Counted from the first letter of the stretch, positions 14,023-26,508 are shown. The stretch: 64,000 bases of DNA from Octopus vulgaris (GCA_951406725.2 OX597817.1:31310001-31374000); one strand, 5' to 3'. Program-made: numbers and translations. Notes: generated by a model from the letters alone, not told the origin.

Positions 14023-14235
14023 GAGACGTAATGGCCCAGTGGTTAGGGCAGCGGATTCGCGGTCGGAGGATCACGGCTTCGATTCCCAGACCGGGCGTTG
14101 TGTGTATTTATTGAGCGAAAACACCTAAAGTTCCACGAGGCTCCGGCAGGGGGGGGGGGCGACCCCTGTTGTACTCTTTCGCCCCAACTTTCTCTCACTC
14201 TCTCTTCCTGTTTCTTGAGTAACCCTGCGATAGAC
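14023..14235 (+). mobile_element. tRNA-derived SINE family B (3'-truncated)
   Basis: aatggcccagtggttagggcagcggattcgcggtc...ttcgattcccagaccgggcg head with A/B-box-like motifs. Confidence 0.85.
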
Positions 14236-14539
14236 ACGTACAATACTCATTTATTGTTATCAAAAAAATTAAAAGCAACGATAAAAGTATTATTGTAGTT
14301 ATGATAAATGTATTATCATGAATAATGATACTGAAAATATCAAAAATGAGGCTAATTTCCCAGCCCCATACCATTATCTACATACCTACACATACACACA
14401 CGCATACATGCTCTCTTATACACACGCGCACCTTCGCTTTGGGATCACCACTACTTTATTAGCTACCCTTCTTCCTAGCTCTCCTGTGTGAACCCTCTGT
14501 CCGGCATTCGCAATGATAGGTCGCTAGACACTATACATT

Positions 14540-14698
14540 CTTTATTTTCTCTCCTTGTTTCTTTCTGTGTTCCTTTTTGTAGAACAGCATAGGCTCGAAA
14601 CGTTAAAGACTTTCTCACTTCCCGAGCGTTAAAGTAATACAGCTGTTTGTTTTCTACACCACCTGTCTTCGTATTTTGTTTTCTTCGTGAATTCTCCC

Positions 14699-14731
<33 letters not shown>

Positions 14732-14790
14732 GTGTGTGTGTCTATACCACCTGTCTTCGGCTTTTGTTTTTTGTGAATTCTCCCAATATA
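14540..14790 (+). mobile_element. Family A element with degenerate hammerhead motif (14573-14608) and duplicated 3' end
   Basis: ggctcgaaacgttaaagac...ccgagcg...taatac...caccacctgtcttcg; 3' segment repeated at 14657-14700 and 14746-14790, each followed by (TA)n. Confidence 0.65.
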
Positions 14791-14830
14791 TATATATATA
14801 GAAAGAGAGAGGAGGGAGAGAGAGGGTAGA

Positions 14831-15322
14831 GATACCACAAGGCACCAATGTTTACTGGAAATAGCAGTCGATAAATTTGCGAAGCTATAGTAAAGCGTGA
14901 CTGTATATATACTGGAAAAGACTTGTGAGGGCAGCGAACATGAAAAATTTCGTCTTACCTCTAGTAAGAACATTAGATAAATGGACAACCCAGAATCGGA
15001 TAATCTAGGACCTAGGTTTCGGACTCTTCAAATACATTTGTTATCGTAAATTTGATTAGTCTTCTTCAGCTAGATTTACCTGGACAATATTTCAAATGTT
15101 GCTACATCAATGCCAGTATACTCGCCTGACCGCCTAGCCGTTAACAGAACCGAGAACAGTGAAAAAGTTTTCAATGAACAATTAAATATTGGAATTCAAA
15201 TGTATTATTTTCCAGTCAAATAAAGCACCGTAAAGGTAGAGATATAAATATAGAATAGTGATACAACAAGGCACCAATGTTTACTGGAAATATATATGGA
15301 GACGAATGAAATTGTTTTAAAT

Positions 15323-15325
<3 letters not shown>
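14831..15325 (-). mobile_element. ~429-nt hammerhead-carrying element (family E), 1.1-mer
   Basis: gatac.acaaggcaccaatgtttactggaaata at 14831 and 15260 (period 429); homologous to 21266-21685 and 53003-53957. Confidence 0.8.
15002..15076 (-). ncRNA. Type I hammerhead ribozyme motif
   Basis: Minus strand: AATCTAG-CTGAAGA-aGACT..TCAAAT...ATTTGA..AGTCc-GAAAC-ctag-GTC-CTAGATT. Perfect 7-bp stem I, full conserved core, palindromic stem III ACCTAGGT, GUC cleavage triplet. Confidence 0.85.
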
Positions 15326-15364
<39 letters not shown>

Positions 15365-15367
<3 letters not shown>

Positions 15368-15520
15368 GCTTCTTTCAGTTTCCGTCCACTAAATCCACTC
15401 ATATGGCTTTATGGGGCCCGAGGCCATAGGACAAGACACCTGCACAACGCAACACGTACTGGGACTGAACTAGGAATCATGTGGTTTGGAAGCAACTTCT
15501 TACCCATCAGTCATGACGGC
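15365..15520 (-). mobile_element. Degenerate SINE family C head
   Basis: gggcttctttcagtttccgtc...tgggactgaac..ggaatcatgtggtt similar to 23330-23480. Confidence 0.7.
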
Positions 15521-15566
<46 letters not shown>

Positions 15567-15571
<5 letters not shown>

Positions 15572-15740
15572 ATCCAAACAAGAAAACACAAAAAAACACA
15601 ACAATATAGTATTATTGGACGCTCAGGAAAGAAGGGAAGAAGGAGGGTTTAGCGTTTCGAGCGGAGCTCTTCGTCGGAAACATAGGAGAAGGAAAGATCC
15701 AGAGAAGGGAAGATAGGGGAAAAAAATCGCCAACGGTATA
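15567..15740 (-). mobile_element. Family B element with degenerate minimal hammerhead (15647-15681)
   Basis: gttaatccaaacaagaaaacacaa...tttcgagcggagctcttcgtcggaaac; abuts (TA)n; copies at 20050, 39791, 44676. Confidence 0.75.
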
Positions 15741-15752
15741 TATATACATACA

Positions 15753-16006
15753 CATAATTGCTCACATTCAGAAGTGAGAGTTGAAATATTTATTCCACAT
15801 GTGTACAGCTGTTTCGTTATCTTTATCCAGTTACATCATCGGTGCTAAAACGCTTCACACACATAAAGGTAACTTATAATTAAGCATACTTATATGTGTG
15901 TAGGATGCCTTAGCGCTGTTGACGTAATTGGATACTAATAACGAAACACATCTAAACATATGGAATAAATATTTTTATCCCTCACTTCTGAATTTGATTA
16001 ATTATT
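15753..16006. repeat. Imperfect inverted repeat, ~110-bp arms
   Basis: attcagaagtgag / ctcacttctgaat and aaatatttattccacatgt / acatatggaataaatattt; each arm holds a decayed C.G.TGA...CGAAAC motif. Confidence 0.75.
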
Positions 16007-16187
16007 ATACACGCTTCAATATTATGATCCTTGGACTTCCAGAAATACGGTTACATTAATTTGTACCCTAATCACAATTATCATCTACTTGATAGTCGAA
16101 CACCCTGCGGAGAGCTTACCGTGAGTATTTTTTTGATTCTTTGAATCCCTATTTCCAGTTGTGTATGTGTGAGAGAGAGTATTTGTG

Positions 16188-16245
<58 letters not shown>

Positions 16246-16396
16246 TATGTGTGCGTGTGTGTGTAGAGAGAGAGAGAGTGGGAGGGAGAAAAAAGAGAAA
16301 GAAAAAATACAGATTTGTTTTACAGGATTTAAGAGTATACGGGAACCATGATAATGAAGATATACAATTTTGTACAAAATAAGGTTTCGAAGTAAG

Positions 16397-16420
16397 GACC
16401 GATTTCGCATTGCTCATCAA
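16397..16420 (-). ncRNA. Degenerate minimal hammerhead-like motif in the PLE 3' UTR
   Basis: Minus strand TTGATGA-GCAaTGC-GAAA-TCGG-TC, same strand as the PLE ORF; C3 mutated and stem I not evident. Confidence 0.35.
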
Positions 16421-16558
16421 ACTGAGAGTTGAAAGATACATTGCTAGGGGAAAAAAATATTGCTAAGGGAGATAATTGTTCATTCATTTATCTTGCAGTA
16501 AAGGGGAGGTAAATCTGTATTTTTTTCTTTGTGTTCTCTACTTTATTCTGGCTTGTGT

Positions 16559-16942
16559 GGAGGCGCAATGACCCAGTGGTTAGGGCAGCGGACTCGCGGT
16601 CATAGGATCGCGGTTTCGATTCCCAAACCGGGCGTTGTGAGTGTTTATTGAGCGAAAACACCTAAAGCTCCACGAGGCTCCGGCAGGGGATGGTGGTGAT
16701 CCCTGCTGTACTCTTTCACCATAACTTTCTCTCACTCTTACTTCCTGTTTCTGTTGTACCTGTATTTCAAAGGGCCGGCCTTGTCACTATCTGTGTCACG
16801 CTGAATATCCCCGAGAACTACGTTAAGGGTACACGTGTCTGTGGAGTGCTCAGCCACTTACACGTTAATTTCACGAGCAGGCTGTTCCGTTGATTCGGAT
16901 CAACCGGAACCCTCGTCGTCCTAACCGACGGAGTGCTTCCAC
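16559..16942 (+). mobile_element. Full-length tRNA-derived SINE family B with 14-bp TSD
   Basis: GGAGGCGCAATG head; TSD attctggcttgtgt at 16545-16558 and 16943-16956. Confidence 0.93.
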
Positions 16943-17930
16943 ATTCTGGCTTGTGTCTTCCATGAGATGAGGTAAGTCCTTTATTTTTAATATGGGTTCA
17001 TATTTAATTCTGATTTATATTTTTTGGATGAATGAGGCTTCTTTATTCAATCTTACTTATGTTGAGGGCCAGAAGGCAAGTTGGTAAAATGGGAAAATTA
17101 CAAATTCTGGTTGTAATCGTTCTGCACATTCGTCAATATGTTGACTGAGGTATATTTGGCGATGTTGTGAGGAGGTAATTTGTTGTCTGTAGATCGTACA
17201 TCTCTTTCGGATCGAATTTTCTGTTGGCCCAATATAGTTTCGATGGCAACCCGAGCATCTGATTACATAAACGAGGTTTTGGGAGGCACAAGTGAAGTTG
17301 GATCTGATTTTGAATATTTGTCCTTGTCTGAAATGGAATTCCGATCCTTCCAATAGATTGGGACATGTTCCGCAATTAGGGCAAACTCACTTTACGACTC
17401 TTGCGTCCTTTGTTCTAGAAAATAGTTTAGCATTGGTGGAAATTTAATCAATGTCTTAGGCTGTTTGCTGCTCTTAATGATTTTATGGTTAAGTAGAATT
17501 TCCTTAAGTTTTTAAGTTTGGGATCACTATGGAGTATTAGAAGATTTCGGACGATGATATTGAATGCTTCTTTGTTTCTGGGGTTGTATGTGGAGATATA
17601 AGGTAGTGCTTTGAGGGTAGATTTGTTGCTATGTTTGGCTTTTCTTAATGTTTTAATATTAATCGATTTTGCAGGTTTAATTCTTTCATTTATGAGTCGA
17701 GTTGGGTGGTGCCTGTCCTGGAGTACATTTTTAAGCTCTTGCACTCTTAGTTCTCAGGTATCTTTTACGTGTATTATGGTGCAAATCCTTCTTGCAAGGT
17801 TGAAGGGGACATTTGTTTTCATATGTCTCGGATGACATGAGCTACATAATAGATATTGTTTAGCGTCTGTGGTCTTGTAAAAAAAAGTATTTTCTAGCTT
17901 TTGTTCATTTTTAAATCAGTATATTTATGA

Positions 17931-17984
<54 letters not shown>

Positions 17985-18062
17985 TCAAATATCTTCAAAG
18001 TCATACTGATTTTAAAAAATAAAGAAAGCAAGAAAAGACGTTTTTTACAAAACCACAGATGC

Positions 18063-18093
<31 letters not shown>

Positions 18094-18160
18094 AATGTAT
18101 ATATATATATGTATTTATATATACATATATATATATTTGTATGTATATATATATTTGTAT

Positions 18161-18241
<81 letters not shown>

Positions 18242-18625
18242 TATATGCATATATGTACCCATATACATACTTATATATATGTAAATATATTTTATATATG
18301 AATATTTCAAAAGCGCTGCTTTCAGTCTGTAAATTACAAGCAAAATATACAGGACCAAATTGTGTTGCAGTCTCGGGGACACTGTTAGTGCATGATCTGC
18401 AAATTAACATAATGCATCATTCTATATACATATTACTAAGATAGCAACAATGTGCAGACAACTGGCTGGTTAGATTCTGATATCATTCAGAGCAAATGAA
18501 AAAGAATACATTTTGGTCCTGTGGAGAACATCTGTTCTCAGTCTCCCAATTACAGTCGCCACATAACGTCCAACTAACAGCAGAGCTCGAGGTTATCCAA
18601 CGCTATCACACCAAGAAGATTTCCA

Positions 18626-18656
<31 letters not shown>

Positions 18657-19113
18657 ATGTATGTATGTATGTATGTATGTATGGAGAGTCTAGCTCCTAA
18701 ATTTGTGACTGAAAGCCTTACCAATCCCTGAACTGGACACCAATGCATAGTATAAGTGGCCATACTACAGTCATTTAATATCAGGACCCAGTACTGTAAC
18801 AGCTTAAGGTTCAAGAGCAAACAGCTTTTTCCAAAACTACCTGAGATATGTGTCAAAAAAATTTCAAAGAAATTTCTCCTGAGATACCAGATGAACACAC
18901 ATTAAAGCAAAAAATGCAAATAAGGACAGCGTCGTCTGCCTCACTGGTTTACCAGAACCAAATACGGAGGCAGGGTCATGGAAGCGAAATGAAATAAAAT
19001 ACACTCACATCAATGGTAATACTCCAGCTTTTCCACAGCCTCAGACTGAAAAAGAAAACATTATAAGTATAAATGTATATGATAGATAGATAGATAGATA
19101 GATAGAATGATAA

Positions 19114-19158
<45 letters not shown>

Positions 19159-19165
19159 ATGATAA

Positions 19166-19243
<78 letters not shown>

Positions 19244-19266
19244 GGATAGATGGATAGATAGATACT

Positions 19267-19497
19267 GCGGCGAGCTGGCAGAAATGTTAGCATGCCGGTC
19301 GAAATGCTTAGCGGTATTTCGTCTACCGTTACGTTCTGAGTTCAAATTCCGCCGAGGTCGACTTTGCCTTTCATCCTTTCGGGCTCCATAAATTAAGTAC
19401 CAGTTGCGCACTGGGGTCGATGTAATTCACTTAATCCTTTTGTCTGTCCTTGTTTGTCCCCTTTAAGTTTAGCTCCTTGTGGGCAATAAAGAAATAA
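19267..19497 (+). mobile_element. SINE family A
   Basis: Near-identical to 12666-12897; follows a (GATA)n tract at ~19080-19264. Confidence 0.9.
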
Positions 19498-19565
19498 GAT
19501 CGATACTGCTATGTCTACAAGAGTCAGTATGCCAATTCTATTAACAGACGCATTGGCTCGATTTC

Positions 19566-19808
19566 ACTCCTTTATTATTAGTCAAATGCTTAAACATCCA
19601 ACTAATTAATCAGTTGTTTGTTTAATTTGGTTAAACAATAAGTTTGTTTTGTTTTTCTTTGTCAAAGTTCTACTTGCAATCTTTCCAGTGGCTTTCTTCT
19701 TTTGACAAACACAAAAAAAAGCAAAATAACTTATTGTTTAACCAAATCAAACAAACAATCGATTACTTAGTTGGATATTTAACCAACTGACTAATAAAAA
19801 AGGAGGAG
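19566..19808. repeat. Foldback/MITE-like inverted repeat, ~100-bp arms
   Basis: aacatccaactaa..ttgtttgtttaatttggttaaacaataagtt vs aacttattgtttaaccaaatcaaacaaacaa..ttagttggatatt. Confidence 0.75.
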
Positions 19809-19958
19809 TATCGGACTAGTGCGTGCGTTGATAATATTGGCATAATGGCTCACCCTAGACACAACAAAATTTGTTTCAACACACGAATTCTCATAAGGTA
19901 TCTTGCAAACCAGATTCAAAATTGAAATATATGCATACACACACACACAGACACACGT

Positions 19959-20049
<91 letters not shown>

Positions 20050-20053
<4 letters not shown>

Positions 20054-20264
20054 ATCCAAACATGAAAACACAAAGAGAAAGCACAACAACGCGAGGACGT
20101 GGAACAAGTATAGTGTTATTGGGCGCTCAGGAAAGGAAAGAAAAAAGGAAGATTTAACGCTTCGAGCGGAGCTCTTCGTCAGAAACATAGGAAAAGGAAA
20201 GTTCCAAGGAAGGGAAGACGGAGGGAAAAAAATCGCCAACGATACACACGCGGTCACATTTTGA

Positions 20265-20265
<1 letters not shown>
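20050..20265 (-). mobile_element. Family B element with minimal hammerhead motif (20153-20185)
   Basis: Flanked by (TA)n on both sides; minus strand TTT-CTGACGA-A-GAGC-tcc-GCTC-GAAGCGT-T-AAA (one core change). Confidence 0.8.
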
Positions 20266-20300
<35 letters not shown>

Positions 20301-20305
<5 letters not shown>

Positions 20306-21219
20306 ATTGGCAGGGCTGGCCTGCTAGCTAGCCGGCCAGAATGCTAGAAGAAGATCATCAACGATCAAACTACAAGGAAATTCTCTAGAGGAAGAATTCA
20401 GCGAACACCAGAACCAACTTTGGCGGGCAGGACATATGAAAAATTAAATAAATAACAGACTTAAATGCATACCTCGGTTTCGGTCTTAACAAAAGAATTA
20501 CTTGCATAATTCAAGTGTCCGTGACTTCATCAGTACATTCGGTCCTCGAGATGCAAACCGCAAGACTAACCCCAGCTCTCTGTGTCAAGACAGACACGTG
20601 CTTAGTCTTACTGATTACATCGGGAATAAAATTTCAAATGTCTTGGTTCTGGCGCGCTGAGAGACTCCTGAAGCGAAGGGCTGCAGTGAATAATTCACTG
20701 CGGGTAGTGCTTACAACTAGGGAACGTATTTATTTAAATATTTAAAAATTGAGGGAGATAAATTAATATTAATTTTAATATCAATTTAAAACCAGTAGTC
20801 CAGCATTCAAAAAATCTGAGGAGTCAGATTTCGCTTCAGGAGTCTCTCAGCGCGCCAGAACCAAGACATTTGAAATTTTATTCCCGATGTAATCAGTAAG
20901 AATGCAAGTAATTCTTTTGTTAAGACCGAAACCGAGGTATGCATTTAAGTCTGTTATTTATTTAATTTTTCATATGTCCTGCCCGCCAAAGTTGGTTCTG
21001 GTGTTCGCTGAATTCTTCCTCTAGAGAATTTCCCTTGTAGTTTGATCGTTGATGATCTTCTTCTAGCATTCTGGCCGGCTACCTAGCAGGCCAGCCCTGC
21101 CAATATACACATATATTTGAATTTTCTCTGACTCCTCAGATTATTTGAATGCTGGACTACTGGTTTTAAATTGATATTAAAATTAATAATAATTTATCTC
21201 CCTCAATTTTTAAATATTT

Positions 21220-21223
<4 letters not shown>
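20301..21223. mobile_element. Head-to-head inverted, circularly permuted hammerhead element between (TA)n tracts (family F)
   Basis: 20301-20507, 20606-20676 and 20731-20828 reappear reverse-complemented at 20902-21110, 20829-20901 and 21127-21223. Confidence 0.85.
20464..20539 (-). ncRNA. Type I hammerhead ribozyme motif
   Basis: Minus strand AATGTA-CTGATGA-aGTC..(~40 nt)..GACc-GAAAC-cgag-GTA-TGCATT; 6-bp stem I with one G-U pair. Confidence 0.75.
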
Positions 21224-21265
<42 letters not shown>

Positions 21266-21268
<3 letters not shown>

Positions 21269-21685
21269 GGACAACAAGTTACCAACTTTTGCTGGAAATA
21301 ACAGACGATAACCATTCGACGCTTGGTAAAGCTTCACTGAATGTATAGAGACAAAGATGTGTGAGGACAGCGAATATAAGAAATTTTCGTCTTAACTCTA
21401 GGAAGAGGACTAGAGGAATGGACAACCTAGTACGAGAGTTTCGGTCTTTTCAGTATACGTAAGTTATCGTAAAATTGATTGGTCCTAGTCGGCTAGGTCT
21501 ACCGAAAAGACTAAATTTTAAATATCCGCTACATCAATGCTTGTATACTCGACTAATAGCCCCAGCCATATACAGAATCGAGATCAGTGAAAACGTTTTA
21601 TATAAAAAAAATATAAATATTATCACAATACAATAATATTATTTTCCAGCGACATAAAGTACCGTAAAAGACATACATATAATAT
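21266..21685 (-). mobile_element. Diverged family E unit with decayed hammerhead (21425-21498)
   Basis: Homologous to 14831-15260; minus strand ACCTAG-CCGACTA...GAAAC-tctc-GTA-CTAGGT (stem I intact, core mutated); abuts (TA)n at 21224-21264. Confidence 0.7.
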
Positions 21686-23079
21686 ATGTGTGTGATGAAG
21701 TGAATCGAACGGCTTTTGTGTGTTTCTTAAATGGCTTACAAACACCTTCCACGCTGAAATTGTTTTCGTTCCAGCACACGATCTCAGATCAAATCACTTG
21801 CTATGCAAGTACATCTCCGTAATATTAAATTTTATTTCATATTTATAGTTTTTTTTTTCAGTTGTGTATTTTCTTGATACTAGTGTACATATAATGTGTA
21901 TACAAAGAGTATTTCTAATTTATATGAGAGCAATTATTCTTTCTTGCTTCGTATGTGTGTGACTCCTTACAAAACATCAGTGGATGCGAAAAATGAGAAT
22001 TTTATTTAAAGCACAAGTAAAATTAATAAAAAGAACTAATAGCAGTGAAAAAATAATTTGAATACGTGACCGCGTAAAATATAATAATTAGAGAAAAGGC
22101 GACAATTGGAAATGGGGTATTTGAAATAATTAGTCAATAATATTATATGGCAGCTGAAGAACATTGTAAATGAATGGCGTCAATTAAAGTGGCCTCGAGT
22201 GAAAAGTGCTTCAACGGGTGTCGTGTGGTGTTGTGATTGTGGAATGTTGATTCTCGGTCATACATTAGCCAAAGAGAAAAAGGAATAAAAGAAGACGTCA
22301 ACTTGCCCATCCAAATGTAAAAGAAGCAAGATTTTGGATTCCATCTTGATTCAACTAAGCGTAGAATTACAACAACCCCCTTGGGGTTGAATAACTTAAA
22401 CTAAACGACCAAAAACATGTGGAAAACTATAATATGAATTATTATGGCGTAGAAGTAGATTTGGAAATAGATTTGAAAATAAAGCAAACTCTGTTATGTG
22501 CATGTGTTACTTTTGTGTGTCACCAGGGCGAGTGAATCGGCGCAAAGACGGTGCTATTTTTGATTCCTTGCCATATCTCACTAGCTGCTATACGTTTCTG
22601 TGTTCAAATCTTACTAAGAAAATCTCACCCTAGAATCGAATAATAATACCATTATCATATCGGTACCATTGCCTTTGTTCAATATTTTTATTGAAAATTT
22701 TGTTTTACAGTTGTGTAGAGAAAGCTATGAAGCGTTAGCAAGAATTTGGTGAATTTGTAACTTCCATGTTTTCTAAAAACATTACTATCACAACTCCTCT
22801 ACTGTATCACCAAGTGAAGCCGCGTTTAAATAGGTCCACAGAGTTGCTCTTCTCATGAAACAACACCTCACCTCCATTCAAGGAGACACATTCTGTGTAG
22901 ATTTAAAGTAACCCACAAATGTATTGTTCAATGTATTCCATGCTTCCACCTGAATGAGGGTCCTTCTTGATACTTCACTGTGCACAGATGAGTCGTATAA
23001 AATGCAGTGCACCAATTTGACTATGTTCCATTCAACTCTCCATTCAACTCTCCAGTCTATTTGTACACTGTTGTAGATA

Positions 23080-23480
23080 CTCTCTTACTCTTTTACTTGT
23101 TTCAGTCATTTTGACTGCGGCCATGGTTGAACACCGCCTTTAGTAGAGCAAATCGACCCCGGGACTTATTCTTTGTAAGCCCAGTACTTATTCTATCGGT
23201 CCCTTTTGCCGAACCGCAAAGTGACGGAGACGTAAACACACCAGCATCGGTTGTCAAGCAATGCTAGGGGGACAAACACAGACACACAAACACACACATA
23301 CATATATATATACATATATACGACAGGCTTCTTTCAGTTTCCGTCTACCAAATCCACTCACAAAGCATTGGTCGGCCCGGGGCTATAGCAGAAGACACTT
23401 GCCCAAGATGCCACGCAGTGGGACTGAACCCGGAACCATGTGGTTGGTTAGCAAGCTACTTACCACACAGCCACTCCTGC
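23080..23480 (-). mobile_element. tRNA-derived SINE family C with internal (CA)/(TA) tract
   Basis: Head AGGAGTGGCTGTGTGGTAAG...ccgggttcagtcccactgcg on the minus strand; tail tactcttttacttgtttcagtcatt. Confidence 0.9.
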
Positions 23481-24074
23481 GCCTTCTGTTGAAGATCTCA
23501 AATGAGGCGGATAAGGTACCAGATGCGAGCTATTGTTTCCTCTACGTTAACAGTGGTGATGTACATCCCAGCACAGTACTTGTCGCATTTTTCAATCTCT
23601 GTGCTGAATGAAAGAAGTATTGTGCGCTTGAATGTTTTATATGTGTGTAGATGTTTGGAGAGGGCTTTTATTCTACTGACACAAACTATTATGTTTGAAG
23701 TATCCTACTGCAATAAACCATGCAATTCACATGTTTTAATGTTTTCTGGGGTGTTTTTTCTATTACTTTTCTACTCTTGCTTCTTGAGTTGATAGTCTGA
23801 AGATGTAGTATATGTATAACACGTAATGGTGCACAATGTGTTATTTTGTTTGTTTGTAGTTTGTTGTGCGGTTTGTTCTAAAAAATATTATGAACCCCAG
23901 TCTGTCTGGTATTATTCATGATAGATCTTATGTATTCTTCATACATCTTAATTGTTGTTGCTTTCTCTTGGCTCCATGTGGGAGATGTCATTGCTCAAAG
24001 TATGTTTGTGCATCTTTTATGTTGTATTTATTGAATTTTCTCTATGCTGTGTCAATGTTATTTAGGTGTTATGT

Positions 24075-24135
24075 AGGAGTGGCTGTGTGGTATGCTTACC
24101 AACCACATGGTTCCGGGTTCAGTCCCACTGCGTGA
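24075..24135 (+). mobile_element. SINE family C head fragment
   Basis: aggagtggctgtgtggt...ccgggttcagtcccactgcgtg. Confidence 0.8.
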
Positions 24136-24160
24136 ATGTGTGGGGAAAAGGACAAGTGAA

Positions 24161-24194
<34 letters not shown>

Positions 24195-24580
24195 AGCGTG
24201 TGTGCGTGTGCGTGTATGCGTGTGTGTGTGGGTGTGTGTGTGCGTGTGTGTGTGAGTTTCTCCGTCAAAGGTTATTGAAATGAATGTTAGACTCTCTCTT
24301 GACCAGGTGCACCCATCAAAAATATGATTGATCATTTCGCTCTGTGGAAAAGGTCTTTCTGAACTGTTTTCATGTCAGGATTTTAACTCAGCAATGCATA
24401 GGGATGAATCCCTCTTCAATTATTCATTGATACCATTGATACTATTGATGGACATCTCTTTGGTAACTACACAAAATTAGATCGAGAATTAAGGTAATAA
24501 TGTATGAACAGTGAGCATTTGGTTATTGCATGGCTAAAGGAAGCTTTCAGTTTATACATACGTATATATATATGTGTATG

Positions 24581-24618
<38 letters not shown>

Positions 24619-24874
24619 TATACGAAACGTAGAGTAGATGAAACCATGGCGGCTGAAGAAGGGGTTTTTTCTTTGTGTTAATTGTCCTGTGCACTATTTT
24701 TTTGTTGTTTAAAAAATGTCCAGTTCCTTGGGTTTGTGTCTATGTTTTCGTTTCTCATTGTGTTCGACGTTTTTTTTTTTTTTTTTGGTGTCCTGCACTC
24801 ATATATGTGTGTATATATACATGTAGAGGTAGGTACGTACATATATGTTTATATATATGCATATGTCTTATTTA

Positions 24875-24961
<87 letters not shown>

Positions 24962-25062
24962 ATAGGTATTAAGTATGTATGTACACATTCTCACTCGAAT
25001 TTATGTATTGAGTACTATACCTCATATTGCACTATATATATATATGTATGCATCTGTGTATA

Positions 25063-25102
<40 letters not shown>

Positions 25103-25204
25103 TATATATATATATATATCACACATATACATATATATATATATCATATATATATTATATACAAATATATATATGATGATATATATATATTTATATATAT
25201 ATAA

Positions 25205-25244
<40 letters not shown>

Positions 25245-25708
25245 CACATATATCATAAACAGAGAAATACATAAATTCACAAACGCGCACATTTACAAAG
25301 CTGCATTTGTTCTGAGCGGTGTCTCTTAGGAAAACTAATTCTGCGAGATAATATCAATTCCTTCCTTGGTTTTGTCAAACTATTTTTAATGTAACCAAAA
25401 ATGTCAAAAGGAAGAAAAGGAAATATTAATTTTTGCGTTGTTAAATGGGACATTTGGCGACATTTCTGAATCCCTTTAGCTTCCTCCAAGACTGCAGCAC
25501 ATGTGTTTCATGGTTGTTTGTAATTCTTCTGTATTATTTTTGATTTCTTCTTTCTCTCTCTTTTCTTTTTTTTTTTTTTTTTTTTTTTTTTTGTTCTTAT
25601 GATGGATATTTAGTTCCTGCTTGTTTTGTGAATTTGGCGGTTAGCAACATATGGTGGCTCATCATACTTAGTGGTGAAAGATAGCAACAAGTGTCTCACT
25701 CATGTTCC

Positions 25709-25758
<50 letters not shown>

Positions 25759-25795
25759 GCATATATATATATACGCATATATATATATATGCGTA

Positions 25796-25864
<69 letters not shown>

Positions 25865-26232
25865 GCATATATATATATGCGTATATTTATATACATATAT
25901 ATATACATACATATATACATATATGTGAACACATACATGCACACATTGATGTACATAGATACACACTTAAAGTATATGTAGGTGTGTGTGTGTGTGTGTC
26001 ATGGGTTCTATGTTGCACGAGCCACGCCCTCTCAGTTACACATATCAGTGTTGTATGAACCAGTTTCATACCAAAGCGGGGGCTGAGTAATCTTCTGGTT
26101 ACTTTGTATTGAGGTGCTGCACATTATCTTAGGCGAATTGGAAATATTGCTTCATGTTTCACAGCTTGCTCTTTGATCAATCTCTTATCACTAACCACCT
26201 ATAGAAGCTGCAGTAGCAGCAGCAGCAGCGGC

Positions 26233-26292
<60 letters not shown>

Positions 26293-26294
26293 CA

Positions 26295-26508
26295 GCGGCG
26301 AGCTGGTAGAATCGTTAGCACACCGGGCGAAATACTTAGCAGTATTTCGCCTGCGGTTACGTTCTGAGTTCAAATTCCGCCGAGGTCGACTTTGCCTTTC
26401 ATCCTTTCGGGGTCGATTAAATAAGTACCAGTTACGCATTGGAGTCGATATAATCGACTTAATCCGTTTGTCCCCTCTGTGTTTAGCCCCTTGTGGGTAG
26501 TAAAGAAA
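26295..26508 (+). mobile_element. SINE family A between (AGT)n tracts
   Basis: Same head and core as 12666. Confidence 0.88.

Larger units (their letters stand above)
16300..17935 (-). mobile_element. Penelope-like element fragment (Neptune-type): RT C-terminus, Cys linker, GIY-YIG endonuclease, 3' UTR; disrupted
   Basis: [37 protein letters not shown] (~17880-17770), PYISTYNPRN, linker CPNCGTCP, then CASQNLVYVIRCSGCHRNYIGPT...R (ORF 17057..17353). Stops and frameshifts present; SINE inserted at 16559-16942. Confidence 0.88.

Noticed and set aside
16559-16635. tRNA genes at SINE heads
   Set aside because: tRNA-like A/B boxes run on into SINE bodies with TSDs; not standalone tRNAs.
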